From a bacterium (GTDB lineage Bacteria > Acidobacteriota > Blastocatellia > HR10): a stretch of 64,000 bases of DNA. Location of the stretch: assembly GCA_041640655.1 (NCBI GenBank), contig JBEPZV010000007.1, positions 19,151 through 83,150 of the forward strand. Direction: 5' to 3'. This document shows positions 1 through 10,212 of the stretch, one piece after another. How positions within the stretch are numbered: position 1 is the first letter of the stretch; every line of letters starts with the position of its first letter. The notes beneath the pieces were generated by a model. It searched no databases and was not told where the DNA came from. It saw nothing but the letters and a program-made list of their open reading frames with translations. The translations under genes and the position numbers were made by a program.

Positions 1-1194
1 GTCGCCGGATGGCTCGGACCGCTCAGCCCCTTCGCGTATCTCCTCGCCGCGGCCGGAGTGGGATTGATCATGGCCTGTTTCGCCGAGGTCGCCTCGCGCT
101 TCACGGCGGCCGGAGGCCCGTATCTGTACGCGCGAGAGGCCTTCGGCCCCCTCCTCGGCGTGCAAATCGGATGGCTGACGTGGCTGGTTCGCATCACCGC
201 CGCGGCGGCGAATGCGAATCTCTTCATCCTCTACCTCGCCGAATTCTGGCCGCCCGCCGAGGAGCCGATCCCGCGCGCGCTGCTGCTGACGCTGCTTATC
301 GGTGGGCTCGCCCTGGTGAACTATCGCGGCGTGCGCGCCGGCGCCCAGGTGAGCGACATTTTCGCCATCCTGAAGCTCATCCCCCTCCTTCTCTTCATCG
401 CCGTTGGCCTCTTCTTCACGAAGCCGATAGAGCTTCGCCCTCCTCCTCCCTCGGCCGATGCCTGGCTGCAGGCCGTGCTTGTGCTCGTCTACGCCTATGG
501 GGGATTTGAGGCTGCGCTTCTGCCGATGGCGGAGGCCAAAGACCCCCGGCGCGATGCTCCCTTCGCGCTCTTTGTCGCGCTCCTGGTCGTCACCGCGATC
601 TTCACCCTCATTCAGGTGGTCGTCATCGGCACTTTGCCGGAGACCGCGCGCACGGACCGACCGCTCGCTTCAGCGGCGCGCGTGTTCGCGGGCGCGCTGG
701 GAGCGTGGGTGATCAGCGCGGGGGCGCTCATCTCGGTCTACGGCTACCTCAGTTCGATGATGTTGAACGCGCCACGGCTGACGTTCGCTCTGGCCGAACG
801 CGGCGATTTCCCCTCCGTCTTCGCGGCCGTGCATCCCCGATTCCGCACGCCACACATCTCGATTGTGGCCTTCGCCATTTTGACCTGGGGCCTGGCCCTG
901 GCCGGGACGTTCGCCTGGAACGTCCTGCTGTCGGCCGTGGCGCGCCTGTTCACTTACGCCTCGACCTGCCTGGCGCTGATCGTCTTCAGGAGAAAGTGCG
1001 CCGAAGCAGCGGCATTTCGGCTTCCCTGCGGTTCCCTCATCGCCGCGCTCGCTCTCGCGTTCTCCGCGATCTTAGTGACGCGCATGGGGCGAGGAGAGCT
1101 GCTCATCCTCCTGGTGACCTCTCTGCTGGCCCTGGCGAACTGGGCATGGCGGGTCCACCACGAGCGACGGCGGACGATCGCGCCCGCTCCTTGA
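1..1194 (+). CDS. APC-family amino acid permease (5' truncated by window edge)
   Basis: Frame 1 is open from base 1 (VAGWLGPLSPFAYLL...). Many TM segments and the APC motifs FAEVASRF..AGGPYLYAREAFG, AYGGFE and HPRFRTPH. Confidence 0.9.
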   Translation, partial: VAGWLGPLSPFAYLLAAAGVGLIMACFAEVASRFTAAGGPYLYAREAFGPLLGVQIGWLTWLVRITAAAANANLFILYLAEFWPPAEEPIPRALLLTLLIGGLALVNYRGVRAGAQVSDIFAILKLIPLLLFIAVGLFFTKPIELRPPPPSADAWLQAVLVLVYAYGGFEAALLPMAEAKDPRRDAPFALFVALLVVTAIFTLIQVVVIGTLPETARTDRPLASAARVFAGALGAWVISAGALISVYGYLSSMMLNAPRLTFALAERGDFPSVFAAVHPRFRTPHISIVAFAILTWGLALAGTFAWNVLLSAVARLFTYASTCLALIVFRRKCAEAAAFRLPCGSLIAALALAFSAILVTRMGRGELLILLVTSLLALANWAWRVHHERRRTIAPAP

Positions 1195-1215
1195 GAGCGC
1201 CGCCCTCCGGCGCGC

Positions 1216-3180
1216 TCACATCATCTCCGGAACTTCAATGCCCAGCAGCTCCAGCGCGCGCGCCAGGCGCTCGCACACGGCCTCTGTGATGGCGAGGTAG
1301 ACCTCACGCACGAGCGGATCGCCCTCGCTCAAGATGTGGTAGCTGTGGTAGAAGGTGTTGAACCGCTGCGCCAACTGAAAGGCGTATTTCGCCAAGATCG
1401 CCGGTTCATAATGCTCGCACGCCTGACGAGCGAATTCGCCAAGCCGCGCAGCCAGATAGAGCACAGCCCATAAGTCGTCATGCTCGTTCAGGAAGCGATT
1501 GATCTCCGGGATCTGCTCCGGCCCGAGCGGATGACGCGACAGGCCCGCCTCCTGAAGCTTCCGAAAGATGCTGCGCGCGCGCACGACGGCATATTGCACA
1601 TACGGGCCGGTCTCTCCCTCAAAGGAGAGCGCCTCGGTGAAGTCGAACGCGATGGCCGTCGTCCGGGTGTATTTCAGCAAGAAATAGCGCAAGGCCCCCA
1701 CGGCGATCTGATGCGCCAGACGTCGAGCCCCCTCTTCCGACAACTCCGGATGTCGAGCGCGTACTTCCCACAGGGCCTTCTCTTCGAGCTTATCAATGAG
1801 ATCATCGGCCTTCACACCGAGGCCGCGCCGCCCAGACATACTGATCTGCTGCCGCTCCAGCTCCTCCGGCGATAGCGCGATCCCCAACTCCAGGCAAGCG
1901 CGCGGCGTCAAGGCCACTTTCTCGTAGGCGATGTGCGCACTGCGCTCAACGCGCGGATCCGGCACCAGGGCGCGAACAGCCTCTTTCACGAACTTCTGCA
2001 GATACGTCTGCTCCGATCCGATCACGCTCAGATAGGCCGATCCCCGCCCGAACTCCGGGGGCGCGCCGTCGGCCGTCGCCTCGCTCGTTGTGATCCACGT
2101 CGTATGCCCGTTCGGATACCGACGGAAGGGCCGATAGCTGAAGTCCACGCCGAGGCGCCCGAGCTTCCAGAGGTGATAAGCGATGTCCTTGCCCGTGTAG
2201 ACGACCGTCCCATCGGAACGGACGAGCACCTTCCCCTCGTCCTCCCGAGCCCCCGTTTCTTCCTCCGAAGGCAGACGCATCACCCAGCACCCTCGGTTCT
2301 TCCCCTCCGTCTCATAGGTGACGAGCCCCGCCCCCTTCAACAGCTCGAAGGCACGATCCCAGAATTTCAGATGGAGAATCTCGCTCTCGCGAGGGAGCAG
2401 GTCGTAGTAAATGCCCAACCGTTCGACCGTGTCCAGCTGATCGTTCAGCACGCGCATGGAGATGTACTCGGCGAGTTCGGCTGTCGGATTCCCGCCTTCC
2501 TCGATCTCACTGAGCGTTTGACGGCGCAGCTCCAAAGCCTCAGGATTTTCTTCATACCAGGCCGTCACCCGAGCGTATAAATCCCAGCAATAGTGATCGA
2601 ATTTCCCCGGGATCGCCTCGATCTCCGCCCGGTCCTTCTTCTCCAGATATTTGAATCCGACGACGACGTCGGCCACCTGAACCCCCGTGTTGTCAATGTA
2701 GTTGTGGACTTCGACGCGCGCGCCGCTCCACCGCAATAACCGAACCAGAGCATCGCCGAGCACGGCATTTCGGAGGTGGCCAATATGCGCCGCCTTATTC
2801 GGATTGATGCTCGTATGTTCGACGATGATCTTCTCCCCGGATGGCTCCGGTGCGGCCTCCGGCTGTCGAAGGCCGAGCAAGAGCCGCGCGCGATCGAGGA
2901 AAACGTTGAGATATCCGGCCCCGGCGACCTCAATGCGGGCGACCCCCTCCATCGGCGGGAACTCGGCTGCGATCGCTTCAGCCAGAGCGCGCGGATTGTA
3001 CTTCTGCCCCGTTCGCTGGCGCAGCCACTGGGCGAGTTGAAAAGCGATGGGAAAAGCCAGGTCGCCCAGTTCGACCTGCGGTGGAACTTCAACGGCGATC
3101 TCCTCCACCGTCAAATCGAACCGCCGCTGCACGCACTGCCGCAGATGGCGCACAATATGTTCTCGCAGTCGCTCCAGCAT
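1216..3180 (-). CDS. argS: arginine--tRNA ligase
   Basis: VEHTSINPNKAAHIGHLRN (HIGH motif), MSGRRG (KMSKS equivalent), FEGETGPYVQYA anticodon-binding domain. Start placed at ATG 3180. Confidence 0.96.
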   Translation of the reverse strand: MLERLREHIVRHLRQCVQRRFDLTVEEIAVEVPPQVELGDLAFPIAFQLAQWLRQRTGQKYNPRALAEAIAAEFPPMEGVARIEVAGAGYLNVFLDRARLLLGLRQPEAAPEPSGEKIIVEHTSINPNKAAHIGHLRNAVLGDALVRLLRWSGARVEVHNYIDNTGVQVADVVVGFKYLEKKDRAEIEAIPGKFDHYCWDLYARVTAWYEENPEALELRRQTLSEIEEGGNPTAELAEYISMRVLNDQLDTVERLGIYYDLLPRESEILHLKFWDRAFELLKGAGLVTYETEGKNRGCWVMRLPSEEETGAREDEGKVLVRSDGTVVYTGKDIAYHLWKLGRLGVDFSYRPFRRYPNGHTTWITTSEATADGAPPEFGRGSAYLSVIGSEQTYLQKFVKEAVRALVPDPRVERSAHIAYEKVALTPRACLELGIALSPEELERQQISMSGRRGLGVKADDLIDKLEEKALWEVRARHPELSEEGARRLAHQIAVGALRYFLLKYTRTTAIAFDFTEALSFEGETGPYVQYAVVRARSIFRKLQEAGLSRHPLGPEQIPEINRFLNEHDDLWAVLYLAARLGEFARQACEHYEPAILAKYAFQLAQRFNTFYHSYHILSEGDPLVREVYLAITEAVCERLARALELLGIEVPEMM

Positions 3181-3385
3181 ATGCCTTATCTGCCGCAATG
3201 TCCTTCAATCTATAGCATCCCCGCGAAGCTTCCGTCAAACTCCAGGTGTTCACAGGTGCGCCGACAATCGGCTCTTCGACTCTCCACCACCTTGCCAAAC
3301 GCCCGCACTTCCTGTAATATTTGCTCAGCTTGCTCTCCCCAATGGAATTTGGGATGGAGAAAAACACGATTCGGAGGGTACGTTT

Positions 3386-3739
3386 GTGACCAAAAAGACA
3401 GTGCGGACGACATACACGGACGTCAACACTCGAGGTCTCTATGACCCGAATAATCTGACGCGCACGCAGACGGTGCAGCCGCAGCCGAAAAAGCGCGTGC
3501 CGCCCGAACAGACCCATGCGGAGAATTACTACTATCGGAAGCAGATGGAGGCCAAGACCCCGATGGTCGTTGTCCTGACCGACGGGGAGGTCCTTCGGGG
3601 CACGATCGAATGGTACGATAAAAACTGCATCAAGCTGCACCGAAATGGGGAGCCCAACTTGCTCATCTTCAAACACGCGATCAAGTATCTGTACAAGGAC
3701 CTGCCGCCCTCCGAAGCGGGGACCTCTACGGAGGAATAG
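3386..3739 (+). CDS. hfq: Hfq-like (Sm-fold) RNA chaperone with N-terminal extension
   Basis: PMVVVLTDGEVLRGTIEWYD..IKL...LLIFKHAIKYL matches the Sm1/Sm2 pattern, including the Y/FKHAI signature. GGAGG precedes GTG 3386. Confidence 0.8.
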   Translation: MTKKTVRTTYTDVNTRGLYDPNNLTRTQTVQPQPKKRVPPEQTHAENYYYRKQMEAKTPMVVVLTDGEVLRGTIEWYDKNCIKLHRNGEPNLLIFKHAIKYLYKDLPPSEAGTSTEE

Positions 3740-3807
3740 ATGTCCGATCGCCCGATGCGATGCTCCAGGGGAATCCCCGTGCGGAGCGCTTCAGCAGGGA
3801 TCTCCTG

Positions 3808-4578
3808 CTACTCGATGATCTCAATCCCGACAAGCCTCTGGAACTCCGGATTCGCGTAGAGGGGAAGGAAGTCGGGGTCCCGACGGGCATGCAGGCGATA
3901 CGTCTCGCGCATAGCGATGGCCTGGCGCAGTGTCGCAATGGCCTTCTCGACCTGCCCACTTCGAGCATACGCAGCGGCCAGGGCGTAAACCGCATGATCG
4001 GCGCGAGGATCGAGCTTGAGCGCTTTCTCGAAGTAGGTGATGGCCGGAGCGATATGCCCTCGATTCAGCTCGATGACCCCACGATCATAGAGCGCCTCGG
4101 CCGTTCGCGGCACGGGACGAGGCGTCTGCAGCTTCTGTTGGCAGATGGCCAGATAAGCGCGGGCGCGCGCCAGAACTTCAGCCTCCGTGGGGAAGCGCTC
4201 GATCACAGCCTGAAAAGCTTCGCGCGCCCGCTCGAACTCCTGGCGATTGAAGAGCCGGACGGCCTGCTCGAACGCACGCACAGCCGGAGAGGCTGGTGCC
4301 CGTTCCAAAACCATGACCGATGACCGGTTTGCCCGCACTGCCTTCTTCTTAGAAGAGGCTCCCTGGGAAGCTCGACGGCCCGCTGCCCGAGCTTCCTGAC
4401 GAGACTTCGCCCCCCCACCAGCTTGGGTCTTAGTCTTCCCCCGCCGAGCTGCCTTTTTTCGGGAAGCTGCCGAAGTCGAAGCAGGGGTGCCAAGGGATTT
4501 TGATTTTTTCGCTGTCCGAACGGTCCTGGCCACCGAATCCCGCCTTCTCCGTCGTGACGCGCTAACTTGAGACGACAT
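3808..4578 (-). CDS. TPR-repeat protein with Lys/Arg/Ala-rich N-terminal tail
   Basis: TPR-type helices (AEALYDRGVIELNRG..AITYFEKALKLDP..AVYALAAAYA). The first ~85 aa are low-complexity and basic. Confidence 0.8.
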   Translation of the reverse strand: MSSQVSASRRRRRDSVARTVRTAKKSKSLGTPASTSAASRKKAARRGKTKTQAGGGAKSRQEARAAGRRASQGASSKKKAVRANRSSVMVLERAPASPAVRAFEQAVRLFNRQEFERAREAFQAVIERFPTEAEVLARARAYLAICQQKLQTPRPVPRTAEALYDRGVIELNRGHIAPAITYFEKALKLDPRADHAVYALAAAYARSGQVEKAIATLRQAIAMRETYRLHARRDPDFLPLYANPEFQRLVGIEIIE

Positions 4579-4665
4579 TTGAAGTTATCAAAAGAGACCG
4601 CCCCTCGTCAAGACGAAGCCAGAGCGACGATCCGTGTCGGCGCCTCCCGCAGGACGAGCCCCCCG

Positions 4666-4869
4666 CTACTGAATCTCCACTCTCTCGACACTGCCCTCCG
4701 ACTCCGGCTTGAGCCAACTCTCGATGTCCTCGATCGCGGCATCCAAGAGCGAGCGCACGGCCAACAGCGTCTCCTTCTGCGCATTCACCAAGTGCTCCAA
4801 GGTCGGTCGGGGCACGCCCAAAGTCTGCAAGGTCTCACATACCTTACGGCCAACGGTTCGGAAGATCAT
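4666..4869 (-). CDS. small hypothetical protein (67 aa)
   Basis: GGAG upstream of ATG 4869. Amphipathic helical sequence ([23 protein letters not shown]) that fills the gap between tRNA-Leu and the TPR gene. Confidence 0.6.
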   Translation of the reverse strand: MIFRTVGRKVCETLQTLGVPRPTLEHLVNAQKETLLAVRSLLDAAIEDIESWLKPESEGSVERVEIQ

Positions 4870-4921
4870 GTTCGAAGCTCCTACAGAAAAGGCCACTTTT
4901 TTTGAAGAGGGGGAAAAGACA

Positions 4922-5006
<85 letters not shown>

Positions 5007-5081
5007 ACCCTTTTGCCAGCGTCCTCCACAAAGTGCAGTAAAACCTTACACCAACTCCGGCCTATTTTCAAGACCCCGCCC

Positions 5082-5405
5082 TCACTTTTGCGGGGCCGAG
5101 GGGGAGGGCGGAGTCTCGGCGGGCCGTTGCACGGGCGCAGGTTCCTTCACCTCACGCACGACCGAAGCCGGGCCGAAGACATTGGGGAGGCTAAAGATAA
5201 GCCCCAAGCCCATGAAGATCGCCGCCGTCACGATCGTCACCCATCCCAAGAAATGCTGGGCTCCCCGCGGGCCGAAAGCCGTCTGGCTCCCTCCCCCTCC
5301 GAAGAGCGCAGCGGCATCGGCCTTCCCGGGTTGAAGCAGGACGGCCGCGATCAACAGCACACAGTCAAGGACGTACACAGCGACCAAAACGTCTATCCAC
5401 CACAC
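5082..5405 (-). CDS. secG: preprotein translocase subunit SecG
   Basis: Two TM helices flanking VLLQPGKADAAALFGGGGSQTAFG. Canonical position after tpiA. Confidence 0.95.
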   Translation of the reverse strand: MWWIDVLVAVYVLDCVLLIAAVLLQPGKADAAALFGGGGSQTAFGPRGAQHFLGWVTIVTAAIFMGLGLIFSLPNVFGPASVVREVKEPAPVQRPAETPPSPSAPQK

Positions 5406-5417
5406 GGCCTTCTCTCC

Positions 5418-6173
5418 TCAGCGATACCGGACGATCTCCGAGAAACTTCGGGGATCTAAACTCGCCCCTCCGACCAACGCCCCATCAATATCGGGCTCGG
5501 CCATGAGCGAGCGAATGTTATCGGGTCGAACGCTCCCCCCGTAGAGGATTCTCAATCCATCGGCGACCTCCCGCCCAAGGAGCGACGCCGCGCGCTGTCG
5601 AATGCAGGCGTGCATGGCCTGCGCTTGCGCAGGTGAGGCCGTGCGCCCCGTCCCGATGGCCCAGACCGGTTCGTACGCGATGAGCAGACGGGATACTTCC
5701 CCGGAACTCAACCCACTCAATGCCGCCTCCACCTGCCGTGTGACGACAGCTTCCGCTCGGCCCGCATCCCGCTCTTCGAGCGTCTCGCCCACGCAGACGA
5801 TGGGCTTCAGGCCCGCTTCAAGCGCCGCGCCGATCTTCCGTCGCACCAGTTCATCGGTCTCCCCATAGAACTGCCGTCGCTCGGAATGGCCGATGATGAC
5901 GTATTCGCAGCCGACATCGCGAAGCATGAGGGCGCTGATCTCGCCCGTTCGTGCGCCGAACCCATTGACATCACACACGTCCTGAGCGGCGACCGCGATG
6001 TTGCTCCCCTCAAGCTGCTGAGCGACGGCCCAAAGCGCGGTGAACGGTGGAGCGACGACGATCTCACAATGGGTGACCTGAGCAACGAGCGGCTTCAGGT
6101 CCGCAACCGTCTGAATGGCCTCCGCGATGAGCTTATGCATCTTCCAGTTCCCCGCGATCACCGGCCTTCGCAT
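5418..6173 (-). CDS. tpiA: triosephosphate isomerase
   Basis: [32 protein letters not shown] and LVGGASL motifs. AAGGAG lies 6 nt before ATG 6173. Alternative starts at 6179 and 6188. Confidence 0.97.
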   Translation of the reverse strand: MRRPVIAGNWKMHKLIAEAIQTVADLKPLVAQVTHCEIVVAPPFTALWAVAQQLEGSNIAVAAQDVCDVNGFGARTGEISALMLRDVGCEYVIIGHSERRQFYGETDELVRRKIGAALEAGLKPIVCVGETLEERDAGRAEAVVTRQVEAALSGLSSGEVSRLLIAYEPVWAIGTGRTASPAQAQAMHACIRQRAASLLGREVADGLRILYGGSVRPDNIRSLMAEPDIDGALVGGASLDPRSFSEIVRYR

Positions 6174-6184
6174 TCCCATCTCCT

Positions 6185-7372
6185 TCATCCCTTCTCGGTC
6201 AGTGCTCTCACCCCCGGCAGCTCGATTCCCGCTAGGAATTCGAGCGTCGCTCCCCCACCGGTCGAGAGATGCGTGATCCGCCCGGCCACTCCCGCCTGTC
6301 GCACGGCGGCGAGCGAATCTCCGCCGCCGACGACCGTCACTCCTGAACACTCCGCCACAGCGCGCGCAATCGCCACCGTCCCGCGATCGAATGGCGGCTG
6401 CTCGAAGACGCCCAGAGGCCCGTTCCAGAAGACGGTGCGCGCCCGGGCGATCTTCGCAGCGAAGAGACGCGTAGTCTCCGGCCCGATGTCCATCCCCACG
6501 GCCTCCTCCGGAAACTCCTCCGTTCGCACGACACGCACCTGCGTCTCTCCGTCCGTGCGCTCGAGGACGACGTGATCCACCGGCAGATGGAAGGCGACAG
6601 ATCGCGTCTCGGCCTCGGTCATGAGCTTCCGCGCCAGCTCCAATTGATCGCTCTCCACGCGCGAAGCCCCGACTTCCTCTCCCTTCGCCCGCAAGAAGGT
6701 ATACGCCATAGCGCCGCCGATGAGTACGGCATCGGCGCGTGCCAGCAAGTTCTCGATGACCAGAATCTTGTCCGAGACTTTCGCCCCTCCGAGGATGACG
6801 ACGAAGGGACGCTCCGGCTCGGTGAGCAATCGCCCCAGATACTCCAGCTCCCGCTCCATGAGGAACCCGGCCGCGGCGAGGCTCACAAACCGCGTGATCC
6901 CTTCGATCGAAGCGTGGGCGCGATGAGCTGCTCCGAACGCATCGTTCACGTAGAGATCGGCCAAGAGCGCGAGCTGGCGCGCGAACTCCGGATCGTTCTG
7001 CTCCTCGCCCGGATGAAACCGGAGATTCTCCAAGAGGAGCACCTGTCCCTCCGCCAACCGGTCCACCAGCGCCATGACCTCTGCGCCGATGCAATCGGGC
7101 GCCAGAGGAACGTCTTGCCCCAGAAGCTCGGCGAGTTTCTGCGCGACCGGCTGCAGCGAATACTTCGGATCCCGCTTCCCCTTGGGGCGCCCCAGATGAG
7201 AAGCCAGAACGACGCGCGCGCCTCGGTCCAGCGCGTACTGAATCGTAGGTAGCGCGGCCTCAATCCTCCATGCCTCGATGACCTGCCCCTTCTCGATCGG
7301 GACATTGAAATCCACACGGAGGAAGACTCGCTTCCCCTGAAGTTCCACGTCGCGGATCGAGAGCTTGGCCAT
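6185..7372 (-). CDS. pgk: phosphoglycerate kinase
   Basis: [43 protein letters not shown] and STGGGATLE motifs. Confidence 0.98.
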   Translation of the reverse strand: MAKLSIRDVELQGKRVFLRVDFNVPIEKGQVIEAWRIEAALPTIQYALDRGARVVLASHLGRPKGKRDPKYSLQPVAQKLAELLGQDVPLAPDCIGAEVMALVDRLAEGQVLLLENLRFHPGEEQNDPEFARQLALLADLYVNDAFGAAHRAHASIEGITRFVSLAAAGFLMERELEYLGRLLTEPERPFVVILGGAKVSDKILVIENLLARADAVLIGGAMAYTFLRAKGEEVGASRVESDQLELARKLMTEAETRSVAFHLPVDHVVLERTDGETQVRVVRTEEFPEEAVGMDIGPETTRLFAAKIARARTVFWNGPLGVFEQPPFDRGTVAIARAVAECSGVTVVGGGDSLAAVRQAGVAGRITHLSTGGGATLEFLAGIELPGVRALTEKG

Positions 7373-7375
7373 ACG

Positions 7376-8410
<1,035 letters not shown>

Positions 8411-8420
8411 TCACCGAGCA

Positions 8421-8449
8421 ATTATAGGAGAACCCCCATCCGATGGAAA
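8421..8449 (-). promoter_or_regulatory. putative sigma-70 promoter of the gap-pgk-tpiA-secG operon
   Basis: Minus strand TTTCCA-N17-TATAAT, about 37 nt upstream of the gap ATG, which has a strong AAGGAGG SD. Confidence 0.6.
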
Positions 8450-8517
8450 GGCTCTCGCGCGAGCCGCCGTCTTGTCCGAACGCATCCTCCCGTGCTATCG
8501 TGGAGTGTTATCGCGCT

Positions 8518-10203
8518 ATGCCGATGGGTGGGAGAGCGACATTCGAGCGGTTGGTCGAGGAGTTCCTGAGCGGATATTTCGCCTTCAATCCCACGCACGC
8601 GACGGCCCTGGGCCTACACGAATATGATGATCGGTTGGAGGATCGGTCGGCCGAGGCCATCGCCGCGGAGATCCGCCGCTTGGAGGCGTTCCGCGAACGA
8701 CTGGATCGAGAGGTCGCGCCCGAAGCGCTGCCCCGGGAGGCGCGGTGGGACCTGGCCATCCTCCGATCGGAGATCGAGGCCCAACTTCTGCATCTGCGCG
8801 AGATTCGGTGGTGGGCGCGCGATCCGAGCTATTTCAGCGATCTGGCCTCTTGGTCGGTCTACAGCCTCCTGGTGAGACCGACGGCGCCACTGCCGAGACG
8901 CCTGGACGCCATCGAGCGACGCCTTCGCGCTGTCCCGCGGCTCCTGGCCCAGGCGCGGGAGCACCTCGCGCGCACGGTGGAGGAATCGCGCGAAACGCCC
9001 TCGCTCGGCCTCCCGAAAATCTTCGTCCAAATCGCCCAGCACGAATTCGAGGGCGCGCGCGAGTTCTTCGCCACGGCCGTCCCGAGCGCCCTCGCTGGAC
9101 TGGCCGACCCGGAGCGGGCCCGCTCGCTCGAAGAGGCCCAGGCCGACGCTCTGCACGCTTGCGCGGACATGTGCCGGTTCCTCGCAGAGGAGCTTCTGGA
9201 GCGGGCCAGCGGAGAATTCGCCCTCGGCGCGGAGACCTTCGCCCGCCTGCTCGCGGCGGAGGAACAGGTGACCACGCCGCTCGAACAGATTCTGGAGCGC
9301 GGATGGCGCGAGCTACGGGCGACGCAGCACCACATGCATGAGATCGCGCATCGGATCGCCCCGACTCGCTCGCTCCCCGATCTGCTGCATGACTTGTCCC
9401 AAGAGCATCCGACGGCCGAGGACTTGATCCCCTCGTATCGCCGGCGCTGCGAGGAGGTGAGACGCTTCGTTCTGGAGCGCGATCTCGTCACCCTGCCTGA
9501 GGGCGACTGGTTGGAGGTCACTGAGACGCCGCCCTTCTCCCGCAGCCTCATCTTCGCTGCCCTCGATCCACCCGGTCCCTTCGAATCCCAGGCGCACCCG
9601 ACGTTCTTCTACGTCACCCCGGTAGATCCGGCGCAGCCGGCTGAACATCAAAGTGCCTACTTGCGCGCTCACAATGCCTACGCCCAGATCGCGACGATCA
9701 TCCACGAGGCGTATCCCGGCCACCACGTCCAATCCCTGCACTTGAAGCGGTGCCCCTCAATCGTGAGGCGCGTGTTCGCCGCAGGAACGTTCGTCGAAGG
9801 GTGGGCGCACTATTGCGAGCAGATGGTGCTGGACGAGGGATTCGGGGGCGAAGATGTGAAGCTCCGACTCTTCCAACTCTACGAAGCCCTCTGGCGCATC
9901 GGCCGCTTGATCGTCGCGACGCGGATGCACCTGGGAGAACTCTCCCTCTCAGAGGCGATAGACTTCCTCGTGCGGGAATGCTATCAAGAGCCGGAGAACG
10001 CGCGGCGCGAGGTCTGGCGCTACACGCGCGATCCGCTCGTGCTCGTCTATTCGTGGGGGAAATGGCAGATTCAGGCCCTCCGCGAGGAATACCGTCGCGC
10101 TCGCGGAGATGCCTTCTCGCTCAAGGATTTCCACGATCGCGTGCTGGGACAGGGGGAGCCCCCCGTGAGCGCCTTGCGCTCGATCATTCTCGAGAGCGTG
10201 TGA
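8518..10203 (+). CDS. DUF885-family putative metallopeptidase
   Basis: NPTHATALGLHEYDDRL N-terminus, HEAYPGHH and FVEGWAHYCE metal-site motifs, FSLKDFHDRVLGQG C-terminus. No signal peptide. Confidence 0.85.
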   Translation: MPMGGRATFERLVEEFLSGYFAFNPTHATALGLHEYDDRLEDRSAEAIAAEIRRLEAFRERLDREVAPEALPREARWDLAILRSEIEAQLLHLREIRWWARDPSYFSDLASWSVYSLLVRPTAPLPRRLDAIERRLRAVPRLLAQAREHLARTVEESRETPSLGLPKIFVQIAQHEFEGAREFFATAVPSALAGLADPERARSLEEAQADALHACADMCRFLAEELLERASGEFALGAETFARLLAAEEQVTTPLEQILERGWRELRATQHHMHEIAHRIAPTRSLPDLLHDLSQEHPTAEDLIPSYRRRCEEVRRFVLERDLVTLPEGDWLEVTETPPFSRSLIFAALDPPGPFESQAHPTFFYVTPVDPAQPAEHQSAYLRAHNAYAQIATIIHEAYPGHHVQSLHLKRCPSIVRRVFAAGTFVEGWAHYCEQMVLDEGFGGEDVKLRLFQLYEALWRIGRLIVATRMHLGELSLSEAIDFLVRECYQEPENARREVWRYTRDPLVLVYSWGKWQIQALREEYRRARGDAFSLKDFHDRVLGQGEPPVSALRSIILESV

Positions 10204-10212
10204 GGGAGCCCT

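Noticed and set aside
5418..7094. tpiA frame open ~900 nt into pgk, suggesting a Thermotoga-style Pgk-Tpi frameshift fusion
   Set aside because: No slippery run at the pgk end (GAG AAG GGA TGA), tpiA has its own SD, and the extension is Arg/Gly-rich off-frame sequence.
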